A stretch of 62,124 nucleotides of DNA, filler included, from Platydemus manokwari (taxonomy: Eukaryota), in assembly GCA_037951405.1 (NCBI GenBank). It is 5 parts of 5 records of this genome, joined end to end, with 100 filler letters (N's around TTAATTAATTAA, not from the genome) between each part and the next. Parts side by side here need not be neighbours in the genome. Positions count along the whole stretch, not along the records: positions 27,617 to 50,430 come from JBBMOY011166990.1; positions 50,531 to 62,124 come from JBBMOY010579995.1; 3 more parts are not named here. One strand, 5' to 3'. Position numbers and translations under genes: made by a program. Position 1 is the stretch's first letter; every line of letters starts with the position of its first letter. Below the pieces are notes generated by a model. That model was not told the origin of the DNA. It made no database searches and saw nothing but the letters and a program-made list of their open reading frames with translations. This document shows, one piece after another, positions 41,037-54,048 of this stretch.

Positions 41037-42560
41037 TAAAAGAAATATAGATAATAGCTTTTCGTTTATAAACTAATTTTGATACCAATTCATCAAGTAA
41101 TCCAAAATCCAGGATTACTATATTGTATCGCAGAAACCGACATGATTTTAAAGCGCTGACAGGCAATAAAATTTGAAGCATTGTTGGCAGCAGGATAAAT
41201 CCAGTTGGAGTATGGAAATTCGCAATGGTTAACAGATTGATTCATGAGTATGATAGGTGATCGTGGCTCAACCTAATATTAATGAAAAATAATAATTAAA
41301 ATATTAATAATTAATTATAATTAATTATAATTATTTGTTGGAGTATTAATGAATAACAAATTTCTGACTCCAGATAATGTATATTAGTCAATATACAACT
41401 ACAACACTGACGAAGACCTCAATAATCAATATAAGCACAATGATTTTATCAAATCTGGCTTCCAACTGGCAGTTGTCTATCTTTACATTGCTTTTTATAC
41501 GGTTATCGTGCTTGTACGTTCGAATATGAGGTTTCAATAGTCGTTATTTCTATAGCAATATCAACATAATGATTTTACACACTTCCCTTATCCGATAGCC
41601 AGATTCAGAGACTAAATTAATAATAAATTAGAACGCAGCTTTATTTATAATTACAGCGGAGTTACAACAAAAATTGTAATGCACAGTTCATTGTTCTCCT
41701 TTTATATCGGTACTTAATCAAGTTTGTTACACAGATGTAGAGAAATTTAGATTCAATTATAATAACTAAGTCTACGCTTAATACTTATTATGCTACGGAA
41801 TTTTATTAGAATAAGATCACTTTGTACTTCCCCTAAAATTATTTTTTTTTAAATTACAGTTACAGCAAAATATTACTATCAATATTAAAGTTATTACTGA
41901 AGTTAGCTTAGAACCGAGCTGGATCATACATATGGTAATCTGGATCCACATGTAGATTGCTGTCGAGTAGTAAGTGACTTCGGACTCATCTTTATATACC
42001 TCGCTTATCGAAAGTCCAATAATGTTCCAAGAATTTCGGTGTATGGTATAGTTTATTTACGTCGTATAGGTTCCTTTTGATGAATGATTCTCGATTGGTT
42101 GCATGTCCCTTATCACATCCTATGGCCGTCTTCCAAAGTTGCTTTGTAATACTTTTCAAATAGAATATACTAGTAGACTGAATCATTACTTTTTTGCATA
42201 GCCAATACTTTCACAACCCTGATCCCAATATTTCATCTTGAATGCGCTTAGCTTAGCAAAGTCTCATGGAATATCAATGAATAAATTATTATAGAATAGA
42301 ATATCAATTAATTTAATTTGGTTAACAAAAATAAATTCTTCTACAACTTATACATCTAATCAATTTTATTTCATATGAAATTCTCAACACCGCAGGTGGA
42401 CAATAAAATGTTACGTTTTATTTTACAAATAAAACATAAAACTTAACTTAAAATTACATTTCAATTAAATCATAATATTAACTTGATGAGAAATTAATAA
42501 ATTTATTTTTGATCAATAGCTTATTATATATAAAGAGCTACAACTAACAAGCTTTACATA

Positions 42561-43274
42561 ATGAGCCAGGCTCGTTCTAAATTTCTTAGACCGGATAAAA
42601 ATAAATTAATAAATAAAATCAATCAAATAAAAAAGGAAAATCAGAAATTAGAAGACAACGAATGCTCAAAATTCCTCACTCTACCGAAAGAAAATTCAAA
42701 ACAAAATGCCACATATTCTAATAGTAATACTTCGACAAATAAATGTGCTTGGTGTCAGAAAGTTCAAAACAAACCAAAATCGACCGATAATGGTGATGAA
42801 ACATCGATAAAATCCAAGTTTCAATCAAAAGACTTTGCATGTCAATTTCCTGGTCGAAAAGTTAAAGCAGATATTTACACTCGTTACCAATCTAGAAATA
42901 AATCAAATCAGGACATCAAGCATGCTTATCTGAAAAAAACATGCTGTCGATGTAATGAAAAACGGCCAGAATCGTGTGCAAAAATACAACAAATTTATTC
43001 AGATCGAGTGTCTATAAATAACAACAATGATCTTTTGCTGAAAAGAACCAATAACAACGATCGTAAGCATAATGAAAAAATTCTAGATAGAAATGAAGTA
43101 AAAGTAGATCATCCACATTATCATCATTGCTGTTTTTGTGAAAACTGTTCACATCATGAACCGAAGAAATATCGAACTCCAAAAAAGAAAAAAAGCCAAC
43201 ATTCTACTAACGATACTAGTTCACCATCTTCGTGTTCTTCTCTAAGAACTGAATTATCGTCGTTATCTATATAA
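42561..43274 (+). CDS. Hypothetical 237-aa K/N/S-rich protein with Cys/His clusters, antisense inside the LTR element
   Basis: Uninterrupted 714-nt ORF in very AT-rich DNA. TATATATAAA ~30 bp upstream and AATAAA at ~43425. Motifs CAWC, CCRC and HHCCFCENCSHH. No family recognised. Confidence 0.65.
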   Translation: MSQARSKFLRPDKNKLINKINQIKKENQKLEDNECSKFLTLPKENSKQNATYSNSNTSTNKCAWCQKVQNKPKSTDNGDETSIKSKFQSKDFACQFPGRKVKADIYTRYQSRNKSNQDIKHAYLKKTCCRCNEKRPESCAKIQQIYSDRVSINNNNDLLLKRTNNNDRKHNEKILDRNEVKVDHPHYHHCCFCENCSHHEPKKYRTPKKKKSQHSTNDTSSPSSCSSLRTELSSLSI

Positions 43275-44264
43275 ATTTTAGAATATCCGTATATTAGGCG
43301 GTTTTTAATCACATAAGTGGGTTTATTTACTTTTTTAAAAATCTTTATGGAGTTTTAAAAATCGCTACGAATTAAAAATTTAAAATATGAATAAGAAATA
43401 TCTTCATATAATTTCATAAATAACAATAAATACTGACTCCCAATTAAAACCCATTGTATTTAGATTTTGTTGAATAATTTTTTGCAAATATAAAATTGAT
43501 TTATAAAAGAGCTTAATTTCCACTCAAACTAAAGTTTAGCACAATCGTAAGATTGAAAAAATCAGAAGAAATTAAATCCTTATCTAGGTAGAAATGATCA
43601 ATTTGTTTCGGTAAAAAAATGAGAAAAGTATGTATTTTCAATTGAATTAGATTATATTTACTGTTACATTATAAATATTGCTCAATGTGTTCAATTTTGT
43701 TGGACTCTGTTTAAGAAATAGACTTTTATTAAATCTTTTTTATACTCACAACTTTATTGTTTACTCAAAATAGACATAATTCTTTGGAAATGCACGGGAT
43801 ACAAATATTCATATTGCTCTTCGAATTTTAAATTTCATAGGTCTGGTTATAAATATTTATTGTTTTATATTACCTCTATAATTAGCAAAAGTTATTTTAA
43901 ATGTATACTTTAAAATAATTAATTCTATTATTAAATATTAGAATTCCTATTTATTATAATAACCATTTTTCGAAATTTCTTTCTATTATAATGAAGTTAT
44001 AACACTTAAAAGGATTTTAACTGAAACAATTATTTCAAATATAATGGATATGATAAATAGAAAACTAAACAATAATAAAAATTTACACATTACAATTCAG
44101 TCAGTAAGCCACAGCATATACCAAAAGCGCGCACCGGTGTTTTGTAAGTAAAATCAGAGAATAAGTCAAAATTACATGATAATATATCATTAGAAATCAA
44201 GAAACAATTAATTTATAATAATTTGGGGATAATCTACGTTATTTCAAATGCTATTTCTAGTTCT

Positions 44265-44560
44265 GGATGCCGTTTTCAACTCAGAATCTTCCTTAAGTTC
44301 GACCTGAAAGTATGCTTGGCCTAAATCTATTGCGGAGAAGACTGTTGCGCCACGCATCTATATTAGGTACTGGAAAAGAAAACTTTTCGGTCTGTTCGTT
44401 TAATTTTCTGAAGTCTAAACACATCCTGATCGATCCATCTTTCTTTGTAATAACTAAGGAGAGTTCCAAGGGATTTTGCAAGGCATTATGACATTACTTT
44501 CGAGAAGATTTTCTATCAACTCTTGAATTTTTCTTCCTGAATGGTTCTTGGTAATTGGTT
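44265..44560 (-). pseudogene. Ty3/Gypsy reverse transcriptase N-terminal fragment
   Basis: WNSP / LVITKKDGSIRMCLDFRKLNEQTEKFSFPVPNID / FSAIDLGQAYFQVELKEDSELKTA across frameshifts. It stops before YxDD. Confidence 0.9.
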
Positions 44561-44689
44561 CCCTTCTTGGATTCTGTGTACCACTGTCTACCATCTGCTT
44601 TTTGACACATCTGTGAGTGCTTCCTCTTCCTTTTGCCGTTTTCCTTCTTTACTTCTATTCTATCTCTAACTGATATATGTCCTATTGAC

Positions 44690-45720
44690 TCATTGCCACT
44701 GGCGAGATAGCCACATGAGGTTGATTTCAGTTATTTTGTCTTCCATGGAGAGTGTGCTAACACAATCACTTGCTTCACTTTCGATTTGAATATCGGCTTC
44801 ATCTTCTTCGTCATGAATGCCTAGTATTCTCCTCGAACTATTGTAACTGCGCTTTCTGACTAAATGGCATTTTCTGAACGGATGCCCATCTTTTCCGCAT
44901 ATTAAACATTTATTCCGCAGTGGACATTCAAATTTCCAGTGACCAAGCTCACCACAACAAAAGCTAGCTCCCAGTTCTAAATAATCACCACATGATGTGG
45001 GTTTTCCTCTACAATCGTTGTAGAATTTAGAAGCAATAGCCTCCATTGAACTTGTTGGTCTCGTATTGTTTGGAGATTCCATGTGATTAACAGGTGTCTG
45101 GTAATATTTTTTACACCAAAATATCTTTCTTGCAGGATTGGGCTTAGATTTTTGAACGAAGTCTCCTTCTGAAAAGTTTTTCTCGGATTACTTTCATATA
45201 CCCACTGGGAATATATCTTCTTGATATATCTGCTTCGTCTGACTTAGCTTCTTCAAATTGACTACTAATTCTCATCTTCTATCGTCGGACATTGTAGGGT
45301 TGAGAGTGAAAGACTCTTTCAGTTTCTTGCTATTTAAACCTTGCAGAATAGTCTTGAAATTTCTTCAAGAGAGTTTTTCTTGTTGAATATCTCCTTCATA
45401 AATTTCTTCACCCGAAGTTCATAACTTCGATACTTCCCACCTGGTCTTTACCGCATTGCTGTCAGATTCTGAACGTTTTCATACACTGCCTTGGCATGTG
45501 AGAAAGCTTCTAAAAACCATTTCTCAATTTCTTCATTTGTAATAGTTTCTTCAATACTGCTTTATTCTTACCACAATTTGGCATCGCCTCTTAACAGCAT
45601 GTCAAATGCAAATGATAATTCCATTTGGTTAAATGCTGCAAAATCCTTGGTTAATTGAAACCATTTTCAACGTCTTGAATTGATGAATCGAAGAACGACG
45701 GCTTCGGAATCAATAATCCC
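44690..45720 (-). pseudogene. Retrotransposon gag remnant with two CCHC zinc knuckles
   Basis: KPSFF..DV..WF, LLRGDAKLW*, LTAMR*RPG (capsid-like). Knuckles xFCCGELGHWKFEC and CLICGKDGHPFRKC. In-frame stops and frameshifts. Confidence 0.88.
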
Positions 45721-45907
45721 TGAGTTTTTTGCAGCAGAATTTCAATTCACTCAACAATATTATGAAATAATATCAATTTTAATTGAAAATAAATCAATTG
45801 GTAAATTATACCACATTGATAAAGAAAATAATTATCTCTTAATAAAAATTATTAAACATAGATCAGAAAATATCACATCGAATAAAAATCAGTTTTAAGA
45901 TTCGCAA

Positions 45908-46428
45908 ATAGAAAATAAAACTGCTCAATTTAATATCATCAAATAATTGAAATGATTCACATTTTTGGTAGAAAAATCGAAGAGATAAGAAATTGTATAG
46001 ATAGTACAAAAATGTTTGTGCAGTACATTACATTAGCAAAGAACGAAATGACTTTATAAAATTCGGAACGATGATTTCTTTCTTGTATAACAAATTCTGT
46101 TAGGAATCATTAATTTCCATTAATTAAGATAACATGTTCTGAAGTTGCGATTTTGATTCATTAGTGATTTGTGAATTGAATATTTGATTTGTGGAAAGTA
46201 AAGCTTACATTTTTACAAAAGGTAAACCACATTAGTTATTATAACTTAGAAAATCACGCTCTAAATGATATATCGTAAACACATTTATTAAAATATACGT
46301 TCTCAATAAAGTATTCACTTCAATTTTTTATAAACTAACTGGTTGAGCTAAACTGTACATTGTATAGTTGTCGTATAACTTAGTAAAGATTTTTGAATTA
46401 ATTTGTATTTGTTCTTATTGTAAGAAAC
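45908..46428 (-). repeat. 5' LTR copy (lacks 15 outer and 2 inner terminal nt relative to the 3' LTR)
   Basis: Matches 39679-40199 at a constant offset of 6229 with no indels. Confidence 0.85.
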
Positions 46429-49379
46429 ATATTAAATAACAAATAAATAATCCAATGTTTATAATGATTGCTATAATATAAGGTTTACAGAGTTACGACT
46501 GGCTAACCATGGCAATGTACAAGTTGGTATTGCAGAAAATGGGAATTGTAAATAATTTCGTGGTTCTTATCTAATCAACCAATCCAAATCTTAATGGGTT
46601 TTCAAATGGGTTTTATTTACATATACTTGATTCTTTCGATATGCATTTTATTATTTCGGATTTAATTTATATATTTATTTTGTTGTATTTAATTTCTTTA
46701 CATAATATTCCAAGAGTTGTATAAACATAAGATGTTCCCTTCACATCATATGTCAGAATACTTTTATACATAGACAGGCAACAATTGTCATATTTTTTAA
46801 TAAATTTAAAATTAAATTGCTTATAGTCCGGAAACCTTTAGTCAAAATTATCAAGTTATAATTAGTAGTTCACGAGACTCGTATTAATCGCATATCAATT
46901 ATTGAATCGCTAGAAAACCAACAAATTTGATAAATTCCTAAAGCAATCAATTCAAGTTCGGATGTCTAAACTAAGACGACGTTGGACAGCAATTATACGT
47001 CCAGTATATTACTGGAAGAAAGAAGACTTTGTTCTTTTCTAGCTGACAATTTACAGAAATTGTCGCAAATCCGTTAGTAGTAAGCAAATAATGTAGTCAA
47101 GTCTATATTCAGTTATGTATATTCACAAATTTCCTATTTATCGAGCTCTGCTCAATCTTGAATTTGATTTTGCATCAATATTACAAAGACGTCATAAATC
47201 AGACTTCTGAGAAGTTGTAAATTGGGTTTCGTTAAAAATCCATCGCGAATTATTTTTTATTTATTGCATTTATATTAGTGTGATTTGGCATGTAAAATAT
47301 GTTTTATAAAATCAAAACTAGTTTTAATATTGAACAGTGTCGATCATAGGTAGTATCGTTATAAAATTATCATTATAAAAGTGTCACTCACATCATTGAC
47401 AATAATTACTTTTAATCGAGGGACGTTGGGAACAATAATGCAACAATTATCAAATAAATACAAGGAGACTGATAGAATTAAAACATCACTTCTACCACTG
47501 CAATAATTTATATTATCAGTAGAGTGTTAGGTGAATGAAAATAATATGTGCTTAATAAAACCAGATTTAATTGATGAGCTTACAGAGATTGACAGTAAGA
47601 CAGAATTAGTGTCATTGAATGATCTAAAATTAGTTAAAGTTATAAGTTATTAGTTAAATTCGTCAAAAGACCTTAAAGCATTATTGGTAAACATACAAGG
47701 CCAACAAGACAACAATCAATATATGACATTAACCAATAATTGTCAATAAAAAAGACTATATACTCTCTAAGGAAATTAGGAAAAATGAACAAGAAGTAAA
47801 AGCAAAATCACTATTCAGTAGAATTTATTCTATAGAAACTTCACCAGAATTTTCTACAGTTAATTCCAAAAAATCACCTTCAAATCAACTTGAAGCAATG
47901 AGTAAAAAATCCATTCAATTTAGTAGAAATGTTAACAAAGTTTGCAGCAAATATTTGACAACTTTAATAAAATCAATTCTCCTTCGACCTTATTTTCCAA
48001 CAAGAGTTAAGTGACATTAATTCCCAACATTGGCTGCTCAAAATCTTTAGTGCATTATGTCTTCGCACAGAAAATCATCTGCATTGCACATTTGTTATTT
48101 TTATTTATTATTGTACCGTTGTGACCCATAAATATTATCCAATTAATTAATATTTAGTATCCTCATCTATATTCTTAGCACGCAACCTATGATTTATTCA
48201 ATTCTAAAGATCAGATATTGATGGAATAACTTAATTCCTATCTCAGTTTTTATCAACTATACAGACTAAACATTCAAATGATCAACAAGTAATTGGAGTT
48301 AATTTTGATAACAAATAATCAATAAACCGGAACAAATTCCATCATTATTTAAATAAATAGCATGTACTTTAATTTAAAAGAAGAATTAATACTAAATTTA
48401 GTAATCTATAGAATTTGGAAACCAGGCATAGTAAAGTAGTAGACCAATGAGACTAATTACATTTAGTTTTGATCTAACAAATCCTGGACAATGCTAGTTT
48501 CGAATTTACGCTGTTGAAAAAATTATTAATAACTGTCTCAACATAACTACTTATATTAGTCAAAAAGTTATAAGTTTTTATAATTTTTTTTATTAGTCTC
48601 AGTCAATTACTCGGAGTTTAATGGACTGATTATCATCTTAATGTTTGAGATCTCACCAGAATTTTTCTCAAAATAATAAAATCTTCTTGGGGGCCAAACA
48701 GATGAAATTTTCTGAAAATATTTTCAATTATAATAAACTTTAACAATAAATATTTTAAATTGATATGCATATTCATCATAAACACGAAGATATTTTAAAA
48801 TTTATAGGTTAATAGTTTTATGAATGTTGAATCTTCATGATACCCTGTTTCTCTAATATTTAAACATGTATTTATTAGTAAGTTAAAAATTATGTCACTC
48901 AATAATTCTTAATATGACTAGAATTTATTAGTTATTCTTACTGACAGGGGTAATAACTTTTAAATTTAAAAAATTACAAAAGTTCCTGAAAATGTACGAT
49001 TACATTGCAACCACTCATTTAATCAAAATGTTCCTGTGACTGTCAAAATAATTAAAAGATATTTTCTTACAACATTTTTAGTATAATTGATATTTAGTAA
49101 CTATATTTTATAGAAGTATGTTTATTATAATTTGCAATAATCTTTAAAAATTATGAAAAAACTGAAAAGTAAACTATACTTTAATTTATGTTAATTATTA
49201 AATAATATTTTTGATAAATTACAGTTTAAACGTATAGTAGAAAAAATTAAGTGGAAATACATTCAATATTTAATCTCCCATAAATTTATTGAATAATATT
49301 AAAAAATGCTTTATAACTGGTTCCGTTGTTTTATTATATTAAAGTTAACTACGTACAAATATTGTATTCGTTATATTAC

Positions 49380-50162
49380 ATGGCAAATAACATGAAATTA
49401 ACTAAAGAAGAAGAAATTTTATTACAAGATTTCAGTCGAAGCGTTTCTACAAAATCTAGTGCTTTATTTTATGGAAATGCTTTTATTGTTTCGGTGCTGC
49501 CAATTTGTAGGATATTTATTCAATATCTAATGTTGATTAAAAATTTCTTTAGGGTTATTTTGGCGTATTCATGATATGGATATAATGTCTAATGCTCTTC
49601 CTTTTATTATTGGAAGTCTTATAAGCGCTTATTTGGTTGCTATGGCTTATAAAAATACTAAATTTATTTTGAAGCACAAGTAACCCTCCTAAATTCGAGT
49701 TCTTTAGTTCTAATTATCATTATAGAATAGCCGTTAAAAGAGAAGATGCAATTAATAGAGAAATGAATAAAAAATTTGGGGATGACAAGAAACTCACCAG
49801 GAAAGAAAAGGATGAAAGGTAATATTTTATAAACTGATTTTGAAACGTTTTAATTACTTGAAATTTTTAACCTAATTTTTATATTTGATTAAATGTTTAT
49901 TATTAAGAATTTTATGGAAAAAGAACGAAGTAGCTGATTTCGAATCCACTACTTTCTCGATTTTGTTGAACAACGCTTTATTCATTTTGATTATTTTGAT
50001 ATCATCGTTTGTTGTTTTAAGGAATCAAGCCTTGTTATTGTAAGTTATTATTAAGTAATTGCTCAATATTAACTATATTATTTTAGAAATTATGCGTTGT
50101 CTATGGGCTCAGCTGCTGCTCTAGTGGCACTCTTTTCTACAGGATCAGTCAACAAGCAATAA
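49380..50162 (+). CDS. SSR3: Translocon-associated protein subunit gamma (TRAP-gamma)
   Basis: Exons 49380-49506, 49553-49679, 49726-49818, 49908-50039, 50087-50162. Peptides [75 protein letters not shown] and ALFSTG. Confidence 0.97.
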
Positions 50163-50430
50163 ATATTTAGTTGATTTATGTTTTATATGGAATAAATTTT
50201 TAACATCGATCATATACATATAGACCGCTACTGTACTATTAAGATTGAATGATTAACAAAAATTTTAAATCAATAATAATGTTTTTGCAGCTCGTTATTT
50301 CTGTTGATTTTTAGGGATATTAATGTACTAGATTGCTTATAAATGTATTTTCAATTTGGAAACTGTATATTTTTGAATAATAGTTAGGGTTATAAATTAA
50401 AAAAAAAAAATTTCTATTGTTTAAAATTTC

Positions 50431-50530
50431 NNNNNNNNNNNNNNNNNNNNNNNNNNNNNNNNNNNNNNNNNNNNTTAATTAATTAANNNNNNNNNNNNNN
50501 NNNNNNNNNNNNNNNNNNNNNNNNNNNNNN
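50431..50530. other. Artificial contig linker
   Basis: N44-TTAATTAATTAA-N44. Confidence 0.95.
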
Positions 50531-53500
50531 TATACTACAAAATGGCACTATATAATCACAAAGAAATCCTGAACAAAACACACTAACATTGAAGAGCTAA
50601 CAGGAACAAATTAGCCAATGCAAAACTCTGGTTATAATTCTTAATAATCTTATCAGAATATTAAAATTCTACTGCGAATTAAAAATTAATGTATAAAATA
50701 ATTTGCATTCGAAATTGTTAACAAGTAAAATTCTTGAAAATAACTAATCAATAAACCCTTGAGTTAGTCATACCATTAAACTATATATTATCATTTTTTG
50801 AAATAGGTAAAGTTTCAATTAGCGTTCGTACAATCAACGAATCATCCGCATGTCTTACCAAAATTTATGAAATTACCAGAATTTCTTGGGAAGAGCATAA
50901 CACGAGTAAGCTGGTACTTATTAAATTCTAAAAGAATTATGGGGAACTAACCAAGTCATTTTGACCGAACCAAAGCATAAAATAAATAAAAATAATAATA
51001 ATTTATTTTTCAAAAAATACAAAAATATCCCTAAACACTTTAAAATTTGTTTTACTGCACCTAAACTAATCGACACTTAGGCCATTAGGAAAAATCGCAT
51101 TGGAATCTAAAAATAGAACCAACGGTGTAACTAAAATAGAAATAACAACATTAGTTGCTAAAAGTAGATACTAAAACTAAAAATAGCAACCTATGCTGTA
51201 CATATGCTAAAATTAGCAACAAGTGCTACTAAGCATAGAATGTTACCCAAAATAACAACAAGATGCATGACGCATGATAATACACAACATAGTATAAATA
51301 TTGACAGAAACAAGCAATCATCGGACTTCGCACTAGTTAATCACAGTTATAAATTGTATGAAATTTTGACGAAGCTCAATTCCGAAGCTATTATATAATT
51401 ATATGCCTATTTCGATTCGCAGATATTGAAGAATTTCATTGTGCATCCTACGAGTAATTTTATTATCGGTTTAAATAACATTCGACCAACTGCTAGTTTT
51501 AGCCTTGTGGTCTACTAAAACCTTATTAGCTCTGCTTAAAAGTTCCCCACCTTCATTTTTGTCACCTAAGCGGTACGCCCTTTACTGTTTCTTGACTACA
51601 CTCTTTGCTCCCACAATAGTGTTGAATATAATTAACAAAATACTTGTAAATGATTTATTAGTCACAATAATACAACTTTACCTCCAAAGACAGTCTGACA
51701 CAAATTCTAACATAAACATAACATTGGCAGCTAACATACTGGCAATTTACCATCTCGGTCTCATTATTTATATTCGTGTTTTGTGTGTTTCGCTTTTAAT
51801 TGATTATTTTGTTTACTGCATTTTCGTTGGATCCGACGACCATAAGATGTGGGGATTAGTCAATCCCTATGCGTGTCTCCTCGTGTAGTTATGTTTCTCG
51901 TAAAATTATGATTTTTCTGTTTAAGTCATCTGTGATTCGTTGGTTGTCAAGCTTGTATGATTATGTAGGTATGCCAATGTTTAAATTGCCAAAACAAGGG
52001 TTTCAAGGTGCAAAATCGTTTTCCTTTTTCAAGATTTTGTCTTCATTCAACAATAGCGAACACCGCCTTTTGTAATTTAAACTTATTGTACTCAGATTAT
52101 TAATTTGATTATCAATACATTTTATTTTGTGCTGTTTTTGGATTTGTTCACTATATTCTATTTTATTATCATATCCATTTAAATATTATTTTTATTATAT
52201 TCAATGAGCGATCAAGCAACAACAACCTCTTATCTGTTTGGAGTCCAGATAAGTTGAAGATTTTTGAGTAAACATAATTTTTGATTAAAATCCTTCTGAT
52301 AATCATTATAATATTAGTTGCATCGTTTACAAAATGTACATTCTGCAATTTGAATTTATAATTACTATAAAACCACCCCAACAATCTTTAACAGAATTTA
52401 TAAATATATGTTAAATAAAATAAATTAAAGTAAAAAAATTTTCTAAAGTTTAATCAATTTACAATTTCAAATATCAGAAATTGTTAAGAGAATTAATAGA
52501 ATTTGAATTTTATAATCTAAAGTTTAAATTAATGATACAAAGTACCGAAATGATAAAAAAATTCGAATGTTCGTTCAGTTTAAAGTACCAAATATCAACT
52601 ACTATATAAGTTAACGAAAAGCTATCACAATTCAGTCTGACAAAGTTAACCAATTCTTAATTTTCGGAATCAATGACTTGCAAAATATCACTTTATAACG
52701 GTGCTATTTTGATTTAACGAATAATTTTAACATTACATAAATGTTGACTAAATTGAGAAAACTAATCGTCATAAAATTTTTGATAAAATATTTTTTGTTA
52801 AATTATCTTAATTAAAGCGTCAAAAGCTTCTGCTGCTTTTGGGCTCCTAATAATTCATATTTAAAAATTTATAAGCAAAAATTATTAGGATTGTAGCTAA
52901 GTTCTTGCGATCCCAGAAACGTAACTGTACTAATTGTTTTAATGTGAGTCAATTTGTAAAAAAATGTGATATTTGCATAAATTATTGTGTGATTTTGAAT
53001 AAATTATTTTAAACTTAGATCTCGAAACAGAACTTAAACCTATTATTGGGAACTCACATTGTTGAAGTTATTAACAACATCAAAACAACACAAATCAAAC
53101 ATGTTTACATAACTAACGTGTGAATTTTTTATTATATATCAGTGTGTGCTGTTAATAATAAAATTGTAATATCAATCTTCATGAAAAAATAAATATTACA
53201 TCGCATTCTTTATTCATGACTTGGAGACTGATAATTGATTTTGAGAATTTATATTTAACCAACCTTGAATATAAATTAACTGAACTTACGATGTATAAAT
53301 GTCACGAGCTTTGATAGCTAACGAATGATGTTTTACAAAAATTCAACTTGTATTCCAAGCTGTGAGAGTTATGGAAATCAAGAAAGATACTGTGACCCAA
53401 AATTTTTAATATTCAAAATTAATCGGTATCACAATTGCTTCTTATTTCCAGTTAATAACAGAAATATGAAACCTAAAAGGCATTAATAACAATATAAACA

Positions 53501-54048
53501 GAAAATTAATCTTTAATGAATAATTCAAATAAATAAAATTTGATCAATATTTGATAAGGTTTGCTAGAAGTCTTACAGATGCCCGTAAATCTCTGTTATC
53601 GACATGGTTCTGTTGACTATTCATGTTGGCTATTCATCAATATAGAAAATCGAGACATTTATACGCAGATAATGAAAAATAAATTGAAATACAATTTACT
53701 CATATAATTTTCCTCTAAAATTAAATTTCTTCAAAAAAATTAAATATTGGCATGCAATTTTAAAAAATGTACTTAAAATTATAAAATAAAAAGATACTCA
53801 AAAATGAATTACAATATAATTGACTTTAGCAAAAATATCAAATATATAAAACTAAAATATCTTTTTGTTACTGTTTGTTTTATTATTTCTAATTAACATA
53901 CATTTGATAAGATCTTCCTACCGCATTTCTTAATATTATTAGAGTTTCTTGAAAAATTATAATTGTAAATTTGTTAATTAAATTTGTAATTAGTTAATTT
54001 TTATTGATATTTGATTCGTAAAATTAATTTTTTAGAGATATATATGTT

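Larger units (their letters stand above)
39677..46428 (-). mobile_element. Non-autonomous Ty3/Gypsy-derived LTR element (~6.75 kb)
   Basis: Direct repeats 39679-40199 and 45908-46428 (521 bp, no difference seen by eye). Gag and RT remnants on the - strand next to the right copy. Polypurine tract next to the left copy. No TSD or canonical PBS identified. Confidence 0.8.

Noticed and set aside
40957-41181. 74-aa ORF overlapping the hammerhead as env or IAP cargo
   Set aside because: No TM, furin or BIR Cys/His pattern. The local GC is explained by the RNA structure.
41407-41440. CTGACGAAGACC as a second hammerhead core
   Set aside because: No complementary stem II strand or GAAA follows.
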